Positions 1-9,470 of a DNA stretch of 64,000 nt are shown here, one piece after another. The DNA lies in contig JAJYET010000002.1 in assembly GCA_021785655.1 (NCBI GenBank), forward strand, positions 82,391 to 146,390, given 5' to 3'. This DNA is from a bacterium. Lineage in GTDB: Bacteria > Chloroflexota > Dormibacteria > Aeolococcales > Bog-877. The notes under the pieces are model-generated. The model did no database searches. It was not told the DNA's origin and saw nothing but the letters and a program-made list of their open reading frames with translations. The first letter of the stretch is position 1; every line of letters starts with the position of its first letter. The position numbers were made by a program, and so were the translations under genes.

Positions 1-313
1 CGGGCTGGAGGGGCACGACCCGCAGCAGTTCGCCCGCCGCCGCCAGCCCCAGCCCCGCCACCACCACCTGCCAGCCTCCCAGCCGGCGCACCAGGCGGGC
101 AGCCGGGATGGCCGTGAGTCCGAAGGCGAGGATCGGCATGCCTCCCAGGAGTCCCACCTGCGAGTAGCTGAGGTGGAGATCACCGCGGACGGTGCTCAGG
201 ACCGGAGGCACGCCCAGGACTGCGGCCCTCAGGTTGAAGCCCACGGCGAAGGTGAGGGCCAGGAGCGCCAGGGTCCTCAGACGGTGGGAACGGAGAGCGC
301 TGGGGGCGCTCAC
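1..313 (-). CDS. MFS transporter, N-terminal part (gene continues beyond window start)
   Basis: The reverse-strand frame starting at GTG (313) translates to VSAPSALRSHRLRTLALLALTFAVGFNLRAAVLGVPPVLSTVRGDLHLSYSQVGLLGGMPILAFGLTAIPAARLVRRLGGWQVVVAGLGLAAAGELL. This is a typical N-terminal MFS (CynX-like) transmembrane pattern. The frame stays open to position 1. The GTGA start overlaps the stop of the upstream GT4 gene. Confidence 0.55.
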   Translation of the reverse strand, partial: MSAPSALRSHRLRTLALLALTFAVGFNLRAAVLGVPPVLSTVRGDLHLSYSQVGLLGGMPILAFGLTAIPAARLVRRLGGWQVVVAGLGLAAAGELLRVVPLQP

Positions 314-1617
314 CCCTTAGGCAGAGCCGGCCACCGCACCATCTGTCGAGCCGCGAGCAGCGGCAGCCGGGGAACCAGATCCCCGGCCACGACCTCGGGC
401 CAGGTGTAGGTCCTGGCGGTGGCGCGCCCGGCTCGGCGGATGGCCCGTTCCTGTCCCGGCTCGGCGACCAGCGACTCCACGATGCCGGCCAGTTCGAAGG
501 CCTCGTCGGTCTGGACCACAAGGCAGTTGTGGCGGTGGCGGGCGTAGTCCTCGCCCGTCGCCCCCACGACCGCCACCCCACCGGCCGCCATCGTCTCCAA
601 TCCCACCAGCCCAAAGGGCTCGAACCCGGAGTTGGCGAGCACCGCCTGGGCCGCGGCGTACAGCACCGGGAGGAGGGCCTCGGGCAGGAAGGTGGCCAGC
701 TCCAGGATGTCCGAGTCGGAGCTGGCCTCGATGGCCACGGCCAGGTCGGAGGCGGAGTGGACCGGCGCCCGCCAGCTGGCGACCCTGAGGCCGAGCCCCT
801 CAGCGGAGCGCATGAGCTCGCGGCCGTATGACTCCCCTCCGCCCCGCGCCAGCATCCGCACGGGAACTCCCCGGCGCCGCAGCTCGCCCAGAGCGGAGAT
901 CGCCTGCGCCCAGCGCTTGTCGGGGTGGAAGCGCCCGATCTTGAGGACGAACTGACGCTCTCCCGCCGCCCGTCGCAGCCGCTGGACCGCGACCGCGGGA
1001 GGGCGCCGCAGGGCCGACAGCGGGATGCCGTTGGGGATCACCAGGGGGTCGACTCCCCGTGCCTGGAGCAGGACCCGCATGTAGCGGCTCACCGTCGTCA
1101 CCGAGGAGGTGTAGGCGAGGGCCGCCCAGTCGATGGCCTCGAATCCGAACTGGTTGTTGGCATTCCAGACCAGCAGCGAGCGGTCCCTCGCCCCCTCCTG
1201 CCAGAGGAAGTCCGACACCCTGCGCACCAAGGGGGCGGTATGCCACTCCTCGAAGAGCACCACCGGGGTCCTGCCCTCTCGCAACTGAGGCAGGGCGAAC
1301 TTGAGCACCAGCTCAGAAGGGAAGGTGGCGGCCAGATGGGCGGCCTTCTGCTCCTCTCCGTCGTACACGCCCCTGGGGTGGAGGCGCGACACCTCCTGGG
1401 CGACCCTCCGCAGGGTGACCCCGTGGCGCACCTCGGTGGCCGGGCGCCCAGGGTCCCCCACGAAGTAGAGCCAGGTGGGGTAGCCCGCGGCGGCCAGGGC
1501 CGTGCTGAGGTGGGCGACCCGCACCCCCAGCCCGCCGGCCTGGCTGTACTCGTCCGGGCCTTCCATCGAGACCACGGCGAACGCCAGCTCCCCCATCGGG
1601 CTCATCCCGCCACCCAC
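310..1617 (-). CDS. GT4-family glycosyltransferase (glycosyl transferase group 1)
   Basis: This is a 435-aa ORF with a recognisable GT-B C-terminal region (NSGFEPFGLVGLETMAAGGVAVVGATGEDYARHRHNCLVV...). It has GT4-like architecture. Confidence 0.7.
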   Translation of the reverse strand: MGGGMSPMGELAFAVVSMEGPDEYSQAGGLGVRVAHLSTALAAAGYPTWLYFVGDPGRPATEVRHGVTLRRVAQEVSRLHPRGVYDGEEQKAAHLAATFPSELVLKFALPQLREGRTPVVLFEEWHTAPLVRRVSDFLWQEGARDRSLLVWNANNQFGFEAIDWAALAYTSSVTTVSRYMRVLLQARGVDPLVIPNGIPLSALRRPPAVAVQRLRRAAGERQFVLKIGRFHPDKRWAQAISALGELRRRGVPVRMLARGGGESYGRELMRSAEGLGLRVASWRAPVHSASDLAVAIEASSDSDILELATFLPEALLPVLYAAAQAVLANSGFEPFGLVGLETMAAGGVAVVGATGEDYARHRHNCLVVQTDEAFELAGIVESLVAEPGQERAIRRAGRATARTYTWPEVVAGDLVPRLPLLAARQMVRWPALPKG

Positions 1618-2441
1618 CGCTGTGTCGCCTCCTCCAGCCAGAGATCCCGGCCCTCGGGCCCAAGAATCGCCTGCAGGTGGGTACGGTAGCGGCTCGGCCG
1701 CAGCAGCGGGAAGTCGGTACCGAGGGAGATCCGCTCCCGGCCGACCAGCCGGGCGACGTCAGCCAGCACCTTCTCCGAGTACAGGTAGGGTAGTGCCGCC
1801 GTGTCGAACCAGACCTTGCGGCAGAGCCTCGCCACCTCGGGCATGTGCGCGTACAGGGGGAGGCCTCCACCGAGGTGGGCAAGGCAGAGTCTGAGCCCCT
1901 TGGCCTCCTCCAAGAGGGGGCCGAGGAGCCGCCAGAGACGCTCCGGCGTGGCAGTTCCCTTGCCCGGGTAGTCGTGCCCCACGGGTTCACTGCAGTGGAT
2001 GGCGGCCGGCCAGCCCAGGTCAGAGCAGACCATGAGGGCCCGGCGCAGCCCCCCGCCCCACTCGAGATCGAACCCCTGGCCGTCGGCGTTGAGCTCCCCC
2101 AGCCCTGCCAGACCCAGCCCTCGGCAGCGTTCCAGCTCGGGCGCGGCCTGCTTGGAGGCGGGGTTGACCACCGCGAAGCCGGTGAGGTGGGTCGGGTGGC
2201 GCACGGCCTCCTCAGCGACCCAGTCGTTGACCTCGGCCAGCAGACCCGGGTCCGAGAAGGGCCAGCCGAAGACCACCGCCCGTCCCCCTCCCTCCCGGTC
2301 CAGCTCGGCCACCACGTCCGCCCCCGACGCGAACCGGGGGTGGGCGGCGCCGTGGCAGGCGGCGAACCAGGGGTCGCGCCAGGCCGCCGACCCGGCCTCT
2401 CGGAGCCACGGGGGTACCAGGTGGCAGTGCCCGTCTAGCAC
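1602..2441 (-). CDS. amidohydrolase-2 family metal-dependent hydrolase (TIM barrel)
   Basis: The protein has an N-terminal DGHCHL metal-binding motif, a second His/Asp cluster (AIHCSEP...HLGGG...D), and a C-terminal ...ISLGTDFP, as in PF04909-type amidohydrolases. Confidence 0.6.
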   Translation of the reverse strand: MLDGHCHLVPPWLREAGSAAWRDPWFAACHGAAHPRFASGADVVAELDREGGGRAVVFGWPFSDPGLLAEVNDWVAEEAVRHPTHLTGFAVVNPASKQAAPELERCRGLGLAGLGELNADGQGFDLEWGGGLRRALMVCSDLGWPAAIHCSEPVGHDYPGKGTATPERLWRLLGPLLEEAKGLRLCLAHLGGGLPLYAHMPEVARLCRKVWFDTAALPYLYSEKVLADVARLVGRERISLGTDFPLLRPSRYRTHLQAILGPEGRDLWLEEATQRWVAG

Positions 2442-2492
2442 AGGGCTCGATCCGGCGGAATCACCCTCGGAGTATGGCTGGACACCGGCGCT

Positions 2493-4703
2493 TCAGCGCC
2501 AGAGGCTGCGGACGTCGAGGACCAGGTAGCCCGGGGCCGAAGCCACGACAGGCAGGTGCTGGCTGCGGTACCAGGCGAGATTGGCGGCGATCCGGTTGTA
2601 GTCACCCGGCTCGAACTCGACGTACCCGACGCGGTACCGTGCCAGGAGGTAGCCCAGCCGGCAGGGGCCGGAGCCGGGACAGCCGGCGTACATCAGCTGC
2701 ACCGCCCGGTACCGGGCGGCCAGCGGCTGGCCGTAGCTCCAGAGCCAGCCGTAGTAGCCCAGCACCGCGGTGCGCCCGGCGAGCGCGGTGACCGGGTCAT
2801 TGGGCTGGCCCTCGGTCAGGAAGATCGCCTTAGGGCTGGTCCTCCGCTCCACCTCCCTGGCGACCGTTAACTCCGGGGGCCCGGCCAGGGTGGCCGTGGC
2901 ACCGCTGGGCTGGGTCTGGAGGGTGGTGCTCCGCCCCTCCAATCCAGCGAGCTCAGCCAGGACCCCGCTCAGGACCAGGGTCAGGGTGGCGACGGCCGCC
3001 AGAACCCGGAGCCAGGCTCCCCGCGGCACCTGGGTGAGAAGCCAGGCCAGGGGGATGGCGGCCACCAGGTACCAGTAGCTGAGCAACTTGGTGTTGTCCC
3101 AGTTCCAGGGCTGGGTGATGACCAGGTTGGCCAGCAGAAACGCCACCCAGCCCGGCGCCCAGAAGCGGAGGAGCTGGAGGCGTCGCGCCCTGGCCGGGGT
3201 ACGTCCCCGGGCGGCGGCCAGCGTCACCAACCCCACCGCCAGCACCAGGAAGATCCCGGTGTTCGAGAGCCAGAAGCCGAGGAAGGCCCCGTAGAAGGAC
3301 GGCTGCGAAAGAGTCTGCCCCAGGTATCTCAGGATGACGAGGGGGGACGCGCCGGTGAGGTAGAGGGAAGAACAGGCGGCCCCTGCCTGGAGCTGGGTCG
3401 CGGTGCAGGCTGAGGTGGCGTGGGAGAGCCAGCCCAGGTCCAGGGCGGGAAAGAGGTTGGGCCCGAGCGGTCCAGTCGCGGACCCGTGGGGACCGGCGAC
3501 CTCGAAGAAGAGCTGGGGCAGCCCCAGGAGGGCCGCCGGGATGAGGGCGGCGGCCATCCCCCGCCACCACCCGCGGCGCCAGCTCCACCAGAGGGCCGAG
3601 AGCCCCAGGAACAGGTAGCCGAAGGGGTTGAATAGGGGAACGGCCGCGGTGAGGACGCCGGCGGAGATGGCCAGCGGCAGCCGGCGCCTCCTCACCGCCT
3701 CCCAGAGGCAGCTCAGCCCCAGCGCCACCATCCCCATCCCGAAGGCGAAGTCGCGCTGGGGGAGCCAGTAGACCAGGAGGGGCTCGTACCACTGCAGGTC
3801 GGGCAGAGGCGGGTCCAGCTGCTGCTGGCCGTCGTAGAAGCGAGGCAGGTGGGTGAGCTCGGTGGGGATGTGCCCCACGAAGGCCACCACCGCGGAAGGG
3901 GTGGTGATGCTGAGGTGGGTGCAGGCCGCGGAGTCGAACCCCGGGCGGCTGACCGCCAGCTGCTGGCAGCCGTCTCCGTACGCTCCCAAGAACCCCAGGC
4001 CGCCGCCGAAGAGCACCAGTCCGAGGGCGAGCGCACCCGCCGCGGGCCGGCGGGTGACCCTGGTCGCGAGTTGGAAGACGAGGACCATCGCCGCCCAGCC
4101 GACCACGAAGGACGGCATGTCCAGCGCGCCGGCGAGGTTCTGCCCCAGCGCCTCCAGGAGCGCCGGTTGGAAGTCCACCAGGAAGGGGTAGCGGAAGGCG
4201 GTCCCGGCCTCCACACTGTCCCGGGGAGGGAGGTTGTGGCCCAGATGGAAGCTCTGGACATAGCTGGTGTGCACCGACCAGTCACCCCAGAGGTTGGCAG
4301 CCGCCACCAGGGTCCCGTGCGGTCCGACCTGTAGGGCGTGGGCGAAGAGAAACCAGCTGCCCAGCCCGGTGGCCACCACGATCGTCAAGGACCAGCGGAA
4401 GCCGGCCGTGCTGAACTCAGGGCGGAGCCGAGCAAGCAATAGCCGGCGCTTCCAGGGACGGGACTTGGCGCAGGCGAGGGCGGTGATCAAAGCCGGGGGC
4501 AGGAGGGCGGCCGCCGCACCTGGCCCCAGCGCCAGCGCCACGAGGAACGCGAGAAGGGTGGAGCCGACCAATCCCGTCAGTGCCGCCGCGGCCAGCCGCT
4601 CGAAGGGCAGCCACCGCAACCCGATCAGCGAGGTGAGCCCCCAGCCCGCACCGGCGACGAGTAGCCAGTAGGCGGTGAGGGCCGGCCAGCCGGTCAGTAC
4701 CAA
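2493..4703 (-). CDS. large polytopic membrane protein, possible GT-C glycosyltransferase partner of PMT
   Basis: This is a 736-aa ORF with more than 12 predicted hydrophobic helices and a ~150-aa soluble C-terminal domain (YYGWLWSYGQ...). It abuts the PMT gene with a 10-nt overlap. I recognise no confident family. Confidence 0.5.
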   Translation of the reverse strand: MVLTGWPALTAYWLLVAGAGWGLTSLIGLRWLPFERLAAAALTGLVGSTLLAFLVALALGPGAAAALLPPALITALACAKSRPWKRRLLLARLRPEFSTAGFRWSLTIVVATGLGSWFLFAHALQVGPHGTLVAAANLWGDWSVHTSYVQSFHLGHNLPPRDSVEAGTAFRYPFLVDFQPALLEALGQNLAGALDMPSFVVGWAAMVLVFQLATRVTRRPAAGALALGLVLFGGGLGFLGAYGDGCQQLAVSRPGFDSAACTHLSITTPSAVVAFVGHIPTELTHLPRFYDGQQQLDPPLPDLQWYEPLLVYWLPQRDFAFGMGMVALGLSCLWEAVRRRRLPLAISAGVLTAAVPLFNPFGYLFLGLSALWWSWRRGWWRGMAAALIPAALLGLPQLFFEVAGPHGSATGPLGPNLFPALDLGWLSHATSACTATQLQAGAACSSLYLTGASPLVILRYLGQTLSQPSFYGAFLGFWLSNTGIFLVLAVGLVTLAAARGRTPARARRLQLLRFWAPGWVAFLLANLVITQPWNWDNTKLLSYWYLVAAIPLAWLLTQVPRGAWLRVLAAVATLTLVLSGVLAELAGLEGRSTTLQTQPSGATATLAGPPELTVAREVERRTSPKAIFLTEGQPNDPVTALAGRTAVLGYYGWLWSYGQPLAARYRAVQLMYAGCPGSGPCRLGYLLARYRVGYVEFEPGDYNRIAANLAWYRSQHLPVVASAPGYLVLDVRSLWR

Positions 4704-6592
4704 CCGGACACCCAGATGTGCTGGAAGAAGTCCGTCGAGGAGATCGGCTGGCCGGTCCAGAGCGGATAGAAGTAGGCGAAGCAGAGGACCACGGCCAGGA
4801 CCACCGCCCCGCCCACCGGGGCCAGGGAGAGGCCGCCCAGGCGGGCCCGGTCAAGCTGCAGCACCATCCGGGCGCGGAGGAGCCTCGTGCAGAGGTAAGC
4901 CAGGGCCAGGCAGACGAACGGGAGGGCCTCGATGTACTCGTAGAAGAAGAGGATCCGGGACGGCCAGGACCAGAGCAAGAGCCAGTCGAAGAGGTAGGCG
5001 AGGAGGATGAATCCGGCCACCCGGTCGCGGCGCCGGACCAGGAGGTAGAGACACCAGGCGAGGGCCAGGAGCCCCAGCCAGAAGACGGCGGGGTTGCCCA
5101 TGTCGGTGATCCAGGCGTAGTTGGAGACCGTCTGCCCCCCTGCCGTGCTCACCCCGTTGCCGTTGTAGGTCGCATAGAAGAGCACCGGATGGGCGTCCAG
5201 CGGCCAGCTGTAGAAGGGGGAGGCGAAGGGATGGGTGGCCTTGAGGGTGGCCTGGTAGCTCAGGCTCCCCAGGCTGTTCCACTCCACGTCGGCCACAGTC
5301 TGGCCCACATTGAATCCGGTGGGCAGCCAGAAGTCGACCTGCCCGATGTGGAACTCGGAGAGGGGCATGGCCACCGGGAGGCGGCAGACCGAGGCCTTCT
5401 CCACCAGCCCGGTGCAGGTGGCCGTGGGCCCCCCGGGGTTGGCGAAGTTCACATAGAGGGTGTGGGAGATGGTCCAGTACCGGAAGAAGGAGGCGTAGAA
5501 GAGGAACAGGATCACGACCAGGGCGCCGAGGTAGTGCCAGGACCAGTGCAGCTGCCGCACCATGGTGCGCCTTGAGGCCTCCACCGGATCGTCCGGAGCT
5601 GGGGGAAGGATCCACCGGGCCGCCCCGCCCACCCCCCACCGCACCCGCAGCCGGGGCCGGAGCCAGCGCCCGAGGAGCAGGACCACCATGACCGCGACCC
5701 CGGGAACCATGTCTGCTTTGCAGGCCAGCCCGAGCCCCGAGGCGACGGCGGTCAGGTAGAGCGTCCATCGCCACTGGGCCGCGGTCTTGGCGTGCCAATG
5801 CAGGAGGAACATCCAGAAGGCCAACATCACGAAGAAGACCGCGATCGCGTCGATCACCCCGGTGCGCGACTCCACCAGCTCCAGCCCATCCAGGCTGAAG
5901 AAAAGGGCCGCGAGGGTGGGGAAGAGCCGGCTCCGGCGCCAGAGACGGCGAGCGAGGAAGTACAGGACCCCGATCACCAGGCTGCCGAGGATGGCGGACA
6001 TGATGCGCCAGCCCCAGGGGTTGAACCCCAGCCAGCTGATGCCCCCGGCGATGATCAGCTTGGTGAGGGGCGGCTCGGGGTCGAAGTAGTCGATGCCTTT
6101 GAGGTTCTTGAGCGCGTCCACGGGGAAGTAGACCTCGTCGAACACGAACCCACAGGTCTGGCGTTCTGTGTTGTGGGGCCCGACGGGGGCCTGGGTGCAC
6201 CCCGAGGTGTTGAAGGGATAGCCGAGCCCCCACGCCCCCACCCCCAGGACGTCGTGGGTGGGGGTGCGGTGCACCCCGGTCGGAGCGGAGACCGTGCCCG
6301 TCACGCCCACGTGGCCCTGGAGGAAGTCCAGGTAGATGGGACTGGCCAGCCGCACCGCCAACGCGGCCGCGACCAGCACCCCGGCGATGGCGAGATCCCT
6401 CCCATCCACCCCGGTGAGGTCCTGGTGGCGGCGGAGCAGGAGGGAGAAGCCCCAGACCGCCGCCGCCATCACCACCGCCACCAGCGGATTCAGCGGCCAG
6501 TGGAGCAGTACGGCAGCGAACGCGAAGAGCACCGCGGCGGCCAAGGCGTACGGCCACTCCCGCCGTATGGCGGGCCAGTTCGAGAGCGTCAC
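4694..6592 (-). CDS. pmt: dolichyl/polyprenyl-phosphate-mannose protein O-mannosyltransferase (PMT, GT39)
   Basis: The ORF has the PMT loop-1 signature FDEVYF..A...Y.....FDPEPPLTKLIIAGGISWLGFNPWGWR and the following multi-TM core. There is an unusual ~150-aa N-terminal insertion before the DE motif. Confidence 0.7.
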   Translation of the reverse strand: MTLSNWPAIRREWPYALAAAVLFAFAAVLLHWPLNPLVAVVMAAAVWGFSLLLRRHQDLTGVDGRDLAIAGVLVAAALAVRLASPIYLDFLQGHVGVTGTVSAPTGVHRTPTHDVLGVGAWGLGYPFNTSGCTQAPVGPHNTERQTCGFVFDEVYFPVDALKNLKGIDYFDPEPPLTKLIIAGGISWLGFNPWGWRIMSAILGSLVIGVLYFLARRLWRRSRLFPTLAALFFSLDGLELVESRTGVIDAIAVFFVMLAFWMFLLHWHAKTAAQWRWTLYLTAVASGLGLACKADMVPGVAVMVVLLLGRWLRPRLRVRWGVGGAARWILPPAPDDPVEASRRTMVRQLHWSWHYLGALVVILFLFYASFFRYWTISHTLYVNFANPGGPTATCTGLVEKASVCRLPVAMPLSEFHIGQVDFWLPTGFNVGQTVADVEWNSLGSLSYQATLKATHPFASPFYSWPLDAHPVLFYATYNGNGVSTAGGQTVSNYAWITDMGNPAVFWLGLLALAWCLYLLVRRRDRVAGFILLAYLFDWLLLWSWPSRILFFYEYIEALPFVCLALAYLCTRLLRARMVLQLDRARLGGLSLAPVGGAVVLAVVLCFAYFYPLWTGQPISSTDFFQHIWVSGWY

Positions 6593-7104
6593 CTCCGCCG
6601 GCTGGGCCGGGACGCCGCTGCGGGAGGCCGGCGGCGGATCCGCGGGCGCAGCCCCCGGTCCAGCTCATCGGCGCGCCGGACCAGCAGGATGAGGTCCTGA
6701 TCCAGCACCGTACGCCGGCCCAGCTCCCGACCCACCGCCAGCAGCCGTTCGTGGTCCATCTCCACCCGCACGATGCAGACCGGACTCGAGGCGTAGCGCT
6801 TGAGGCTCCCGCTGAGCAGCGAGCGACGGTTGGGGGTGTCGAAGAAGGTCCCCAGGGGCTGGGCCCGGGCCTGGCGGAGGCTCTCGTAGGGCAGGCTGGT
6901 CAGCCGGAACCAGTGACGGATGAGGAGGCCCTCGGGCGTGAGGGAGACATAGTGCCAGCGCTGCCGAAGGTAGAGCCAGCCAAGGATGATGAGGAAGAGG
7001 GCGAGCACCACGAGAAAGCTGGGGTCGAGCCCGTGGTGGCCGTAGATGGTGATGCCCTCCCCCGCCAAGAGCACCACGATGCCGTACGCGAGAACCCACC
7101 ACAT
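6589..7104 (-). CDS. membrane-anchored bacterial PH-domain protein (YdbS/YdbT-like)
   Basis: Two N-terminal TM helices (WWVLAYGIVVLLAG..., LVVLALFLIILGWLYL) are followed by a bPH-like domain (VSLTPEGLLIRHWFRLTSLPYESLRQA...IVRVEMDHERL). I take the start at the internal Met. The upstream 115 codons of the listed ORF are GC-rich junk overlapping mtnP. Confidence 0.5.
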   Translation of the reverse strand: MWWVLAYGIVVLLAGEGITIYGHHGLDPSFLVVLALFLIILGWLYLRQRWHYVSLTPEGLLIRHWFRLTSLPYESLRQARAQPLGTFFDTPNRRSLLSGSLKRYASSPVCIVRVEMDHERLLAVGRELGRRTVLDQDLILLVRRADELDRGLRPRIRRRPPAAASRPSRRR

Positions 7105-7175
7105 CCGCCGCCACAGCTCATACGAGGTGATCAGCGGAAAGCGCGGCTCCGGCTCGGCCGCCGGTTGGCCCCCGC

Positions 7176-7979
7176 TCACTCGGCAGCGTCCTGGGGGAGG
7201 CGCGAGCTGGCGCAGGCACACCCTCTCTCCTGGGGAAGCGCGGCCACCACGTCCACCAAGAGGGAGCGCACCCGATCCACGTTGGCCGCGAACACCCGCA
7301 GGACCTCCTGGTGGCTCACCGGGGCGATGTCCGGCCGGCCCTCCAGCCCGGCGTCGTAGTCGGTCACCAGGGCGATGGACGCGTAGCACATGCCGAGCTC
7401 CCTGGCCAGCGCCACCTCCGGGTACCCGGTCATGCCCACGACCCCCCACCCCATCTGCGAGTACCAGGCCGACTCTGCCCGGGTTCCGAACCGCGGACCC
7501 TGGATCACGACCATGGTCCGATGCCGGTGGACCGTCCTCCCGGACTTGGTGGCCCTGGACTCGGCCAGGTCGCCGAGCTCAGGGCAGTACGGGTCGGCCG
7601 CCGCCAGGTGGGCCACCTCCGGCCCCTCCCAGAAGGTGTCCGACCGGCCCCAGGTCCGGTCCACGTACTGGCCGGGGATGACGACGTCCCCGGGGGCCAG
7701 CTCGGCCTGCAGCGAGCCGACCGCGGCCGGACCCAGCACCCTGGTCACGCCCATCTGGCTCATCGCATGGAGGTTGGCGCGGAAGTTGATCCGGTGGGGC
7801 GGGATGGTGTGGTGGCGGCCATGCCGAGGCATGAACACCACCTGGCGGGTGCCGATCCGGCCCACGAAGGCGGCGTCGCTGGGCGCCCCGTAGGGGGTTT
7901 CGACCCGGACCTCCTCGGCCGCCTCCAAGAGCTCATACAGCCCCGACCCGCCGAATATCCCCACCACGTCCTCGGTCAT
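7176..7979 (-). CDS. mtnP: S-methyl-5'-thioadenosine phosphorylase
   Basis: It begins VGIFGGSGLYEL and contains the purine-nucleoside phosphorylase family-2 core (VVFMPRHGRHH, GMTGYPEVALARELGMCYASIALVTDYD). Confidence 0.85.
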   Translation of the reverse strand: MTEDVVGIFGGSGLYELLEAAEEVRVETPYGAPSDAAFVGRIGTRQVVFMPRHGRHHTIPPHRINFRANLHAMSQMGVTRVLGPAAVGSLQAELAPGDVVIPGQYVDRTWGRSDTFWEGPEVAHLAAADPYCPELGDLAESRATKSGRTVHRHRTMVVIQGPRFGTRAESAWYSQMGWGVVGMTGYPEVALARELGMCYASIALVTDYDAGLEGRPDIAPVSHQEVLRVFAANVDRVRSLLVDVVAALPQERGCACASSRLPQDAAE

Positions 7980-8054
7980 CAGCGGGACACCTCCCAGTGT
8001 GCGCCAGGAGACCGGCGCTCGGACATGGCGCCAATTATGGTGAGCGGAGAGCCC

Positions 8055-8819
8055 TCACCTCCGGTGACTGGGACAGCTGGGGTCGCGCGGGAAGTGGATC
8101 TCCCGCCAGCGCATGGCACCGGCGTCGAGGTCCCAGAGCCGTCCCTCGAGGTTAGCCGGGCCGATGCCCGTGAGCCGAATGAGTGCCAGAAGAGCCTGCA
8201 TCGCCCCCACCACCCCGGCCACCGGCCCGAGGATCCCCGCCGTCCGGCAGTCCGCCGCGGCGGCCGGGGGCGCGGTGAACAGGCAGCGGTAACAGGGCCC
8301 GCCCGGTCCCACTGCCAGCACCTGCCCCCGCAGGCCCGTTACCCCGGCGATCACCAGCTGGCGCCCGCCACCGACCGCCCAGTCGTTGAGCGCGAACTTG
8401 TTGGCCGGATCATCGGTGCATTCCAGGGTCAGGTCCGCACCCTCAAGAGCCGGGGCGACGGCCATCGGAGCCGCCTTGGCGGTCCGGGGCTCCACCACGA
8501 CCAGCTCATTTAGCGAGCGAAGACGCTCCGCCAGCCGCTCCGCCTTGGAGGCACCGATGTCGGCGGCGGTGAACTGCACCTGGCGGTGGAGGTTGTCCAG
8601 CGCCACCACGTCCGGATCGAAGAGCAGGACCCGGCCCACCCCCGCCCCCACGAGGTAGGGGGCTGCCGCCGAGCCCAGCGCCCCGCACCCCACTACCGCC
8701 ACCGTGGCCCCTCGCAGCCGGAGCTGTGCTGCCTCATCCAACTGGGGCAGCAGCAGTTGCCGGCTGTAGCGCTCCACCTCCAAATCAGACAGGCCGTCCG
8801 CCGGCCCCTCGGGCCTCAC
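8055..8819 (-). CDS. E1-like adenylyltransferase of the ThiF/MoeB family (no rhodanese domain)
   Basis: The ERYSRQLLL start and the glycine-rich nucleotide loop VAVVGCGALGS are present, plus a CYRC motif. Its GTG start overlaps the TGA of the upstream dsrH-like gene (GTGA), indicating translational coupling. Confidence 0.75.
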   Translation of the reverse strand: MRPEGPADGLSDLEVERYSRQLLLPQLDEAAQLRLRGATVAVVGCGALGSAAAPYLVGAGVGRVLLFDPDVVALDNLHRQVQFTAADIGASKAERLAERLRSLNELVVVEPRTAKAAPMAVAPALEGADLTLECTDDPANKFALNDWAVGGGRQLVIAGVTGLRGQVLAVGPGGPCYRCLFTAPPAAAADCRTAGILGPVAGVVGAMQALLALIRLTGIGPANLEGRLWDLDAGAMRWREIHFPRDPSCPSHRR

Positions 8820-9112
8820 CAGGAGACCACCGCCTCGGCGGCCAGCAACAGCTCCAGCAGCGCCTCGTAGTCCACAAGGGCCCACCGCTCGGTGGCAGCC
8901 CGCTCCTCGGCGTCGGCGCGCACCGCCAGGATGGGCATCGTCTCACCGCTGACCGGGTGTCCCACCAGACCTTGGATGCTCTCCTCGGACTCCGCCACTG
9001 CGGCTCCGGCCAGGACCACCAGCGGCCGACGCCCGAGCCTCAGGGCATAGGCCACTGACTGCCAGCCCCGGGGATCCCCGGCCCGGGTGATCAGGTGCAG
9101 CTCTATACCCAC
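8816..9112 (-). CDS. DsrH/TusB-like sulfur relay protein
   Basis: This 98-aa protein begins IELHLITRAG.. and ends ..AEAVVSW, resembling TusB (MLHTLHRSPW...SQMAW). It is the third gene of a dsrE-F-H-ordered operon. Confidence 0.6.
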   Translation of the reverse strand: MGIELHLITRAGDPRGWQSVAYALRLGRRPLVVLAGAAVAESEESIQGLVGHPVSGETMPILAVRADAEERAATERWALVDYEALLELLLAAEAVVSW

Positions 9113-9113
9113 C

Positions 9114-9470
9114 TCAGACCACTAGCCAGTGTTGGGCCTGCCGGCATCGGGCCTCGATCGCGTCCACGCCCAGAGTCCGCACCTGCGGCCGCAGGCGGCG
9201 CAGGAGAGCCTGGTCCTCCCCGGAATCCACCCGGACCAGAATCTCGACGCCGTCGTCGGCCAGTAGGGCCTCCATCTGTTCGGTCACCTCATCCGGCCCC
9301 GGGGCACCTGTCATGTCAGGCTGAGTGGCCAACTCGCGAGCCGCGCCCTCCAGCACCAGGACGGCGTCGCAGCCGCCCAGCGGGAGCGCTAGAGCGAGCG
9401 CCACCGCCAACCTTCCCTCCGACCCCCCACTTCGGGCCACCAGCGCCACCTCCCGAGGCGTCACCGGCAT
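9114..9470 (-). CDS. DsrF/TusC-like sulfur relay protein
   Basis: About 118 aa, with a VALVARSGGSEGRLAVALALALPLGGCDAVLVLEGAA core of TusC/DsrF type. The start was chosen at the Met just before this conserved core. Confidence 0.5.
   Translation of the reverse strand: MPVTPREVALVARSGGSEGRLAVALALALPLGGCDAVLVLEGAARELATQPDMTGAPGPDEVTEQMEALLADDGVEILVRVDSGEDQALLRRLRPQVRTLGVDAIEARCRQAQHWLVV

Noticed and set aside
2900-3000. LWGDWSVH motif in the 736-aa membrane protein as a possible oligosaccharyltransferase WWDYG motif
   Set aside because: The motif is imperfect. It lies in an early loop, not in a C-terminal periplasmic domain as in STT3/PglB/AglB. Not enough to call an OST.
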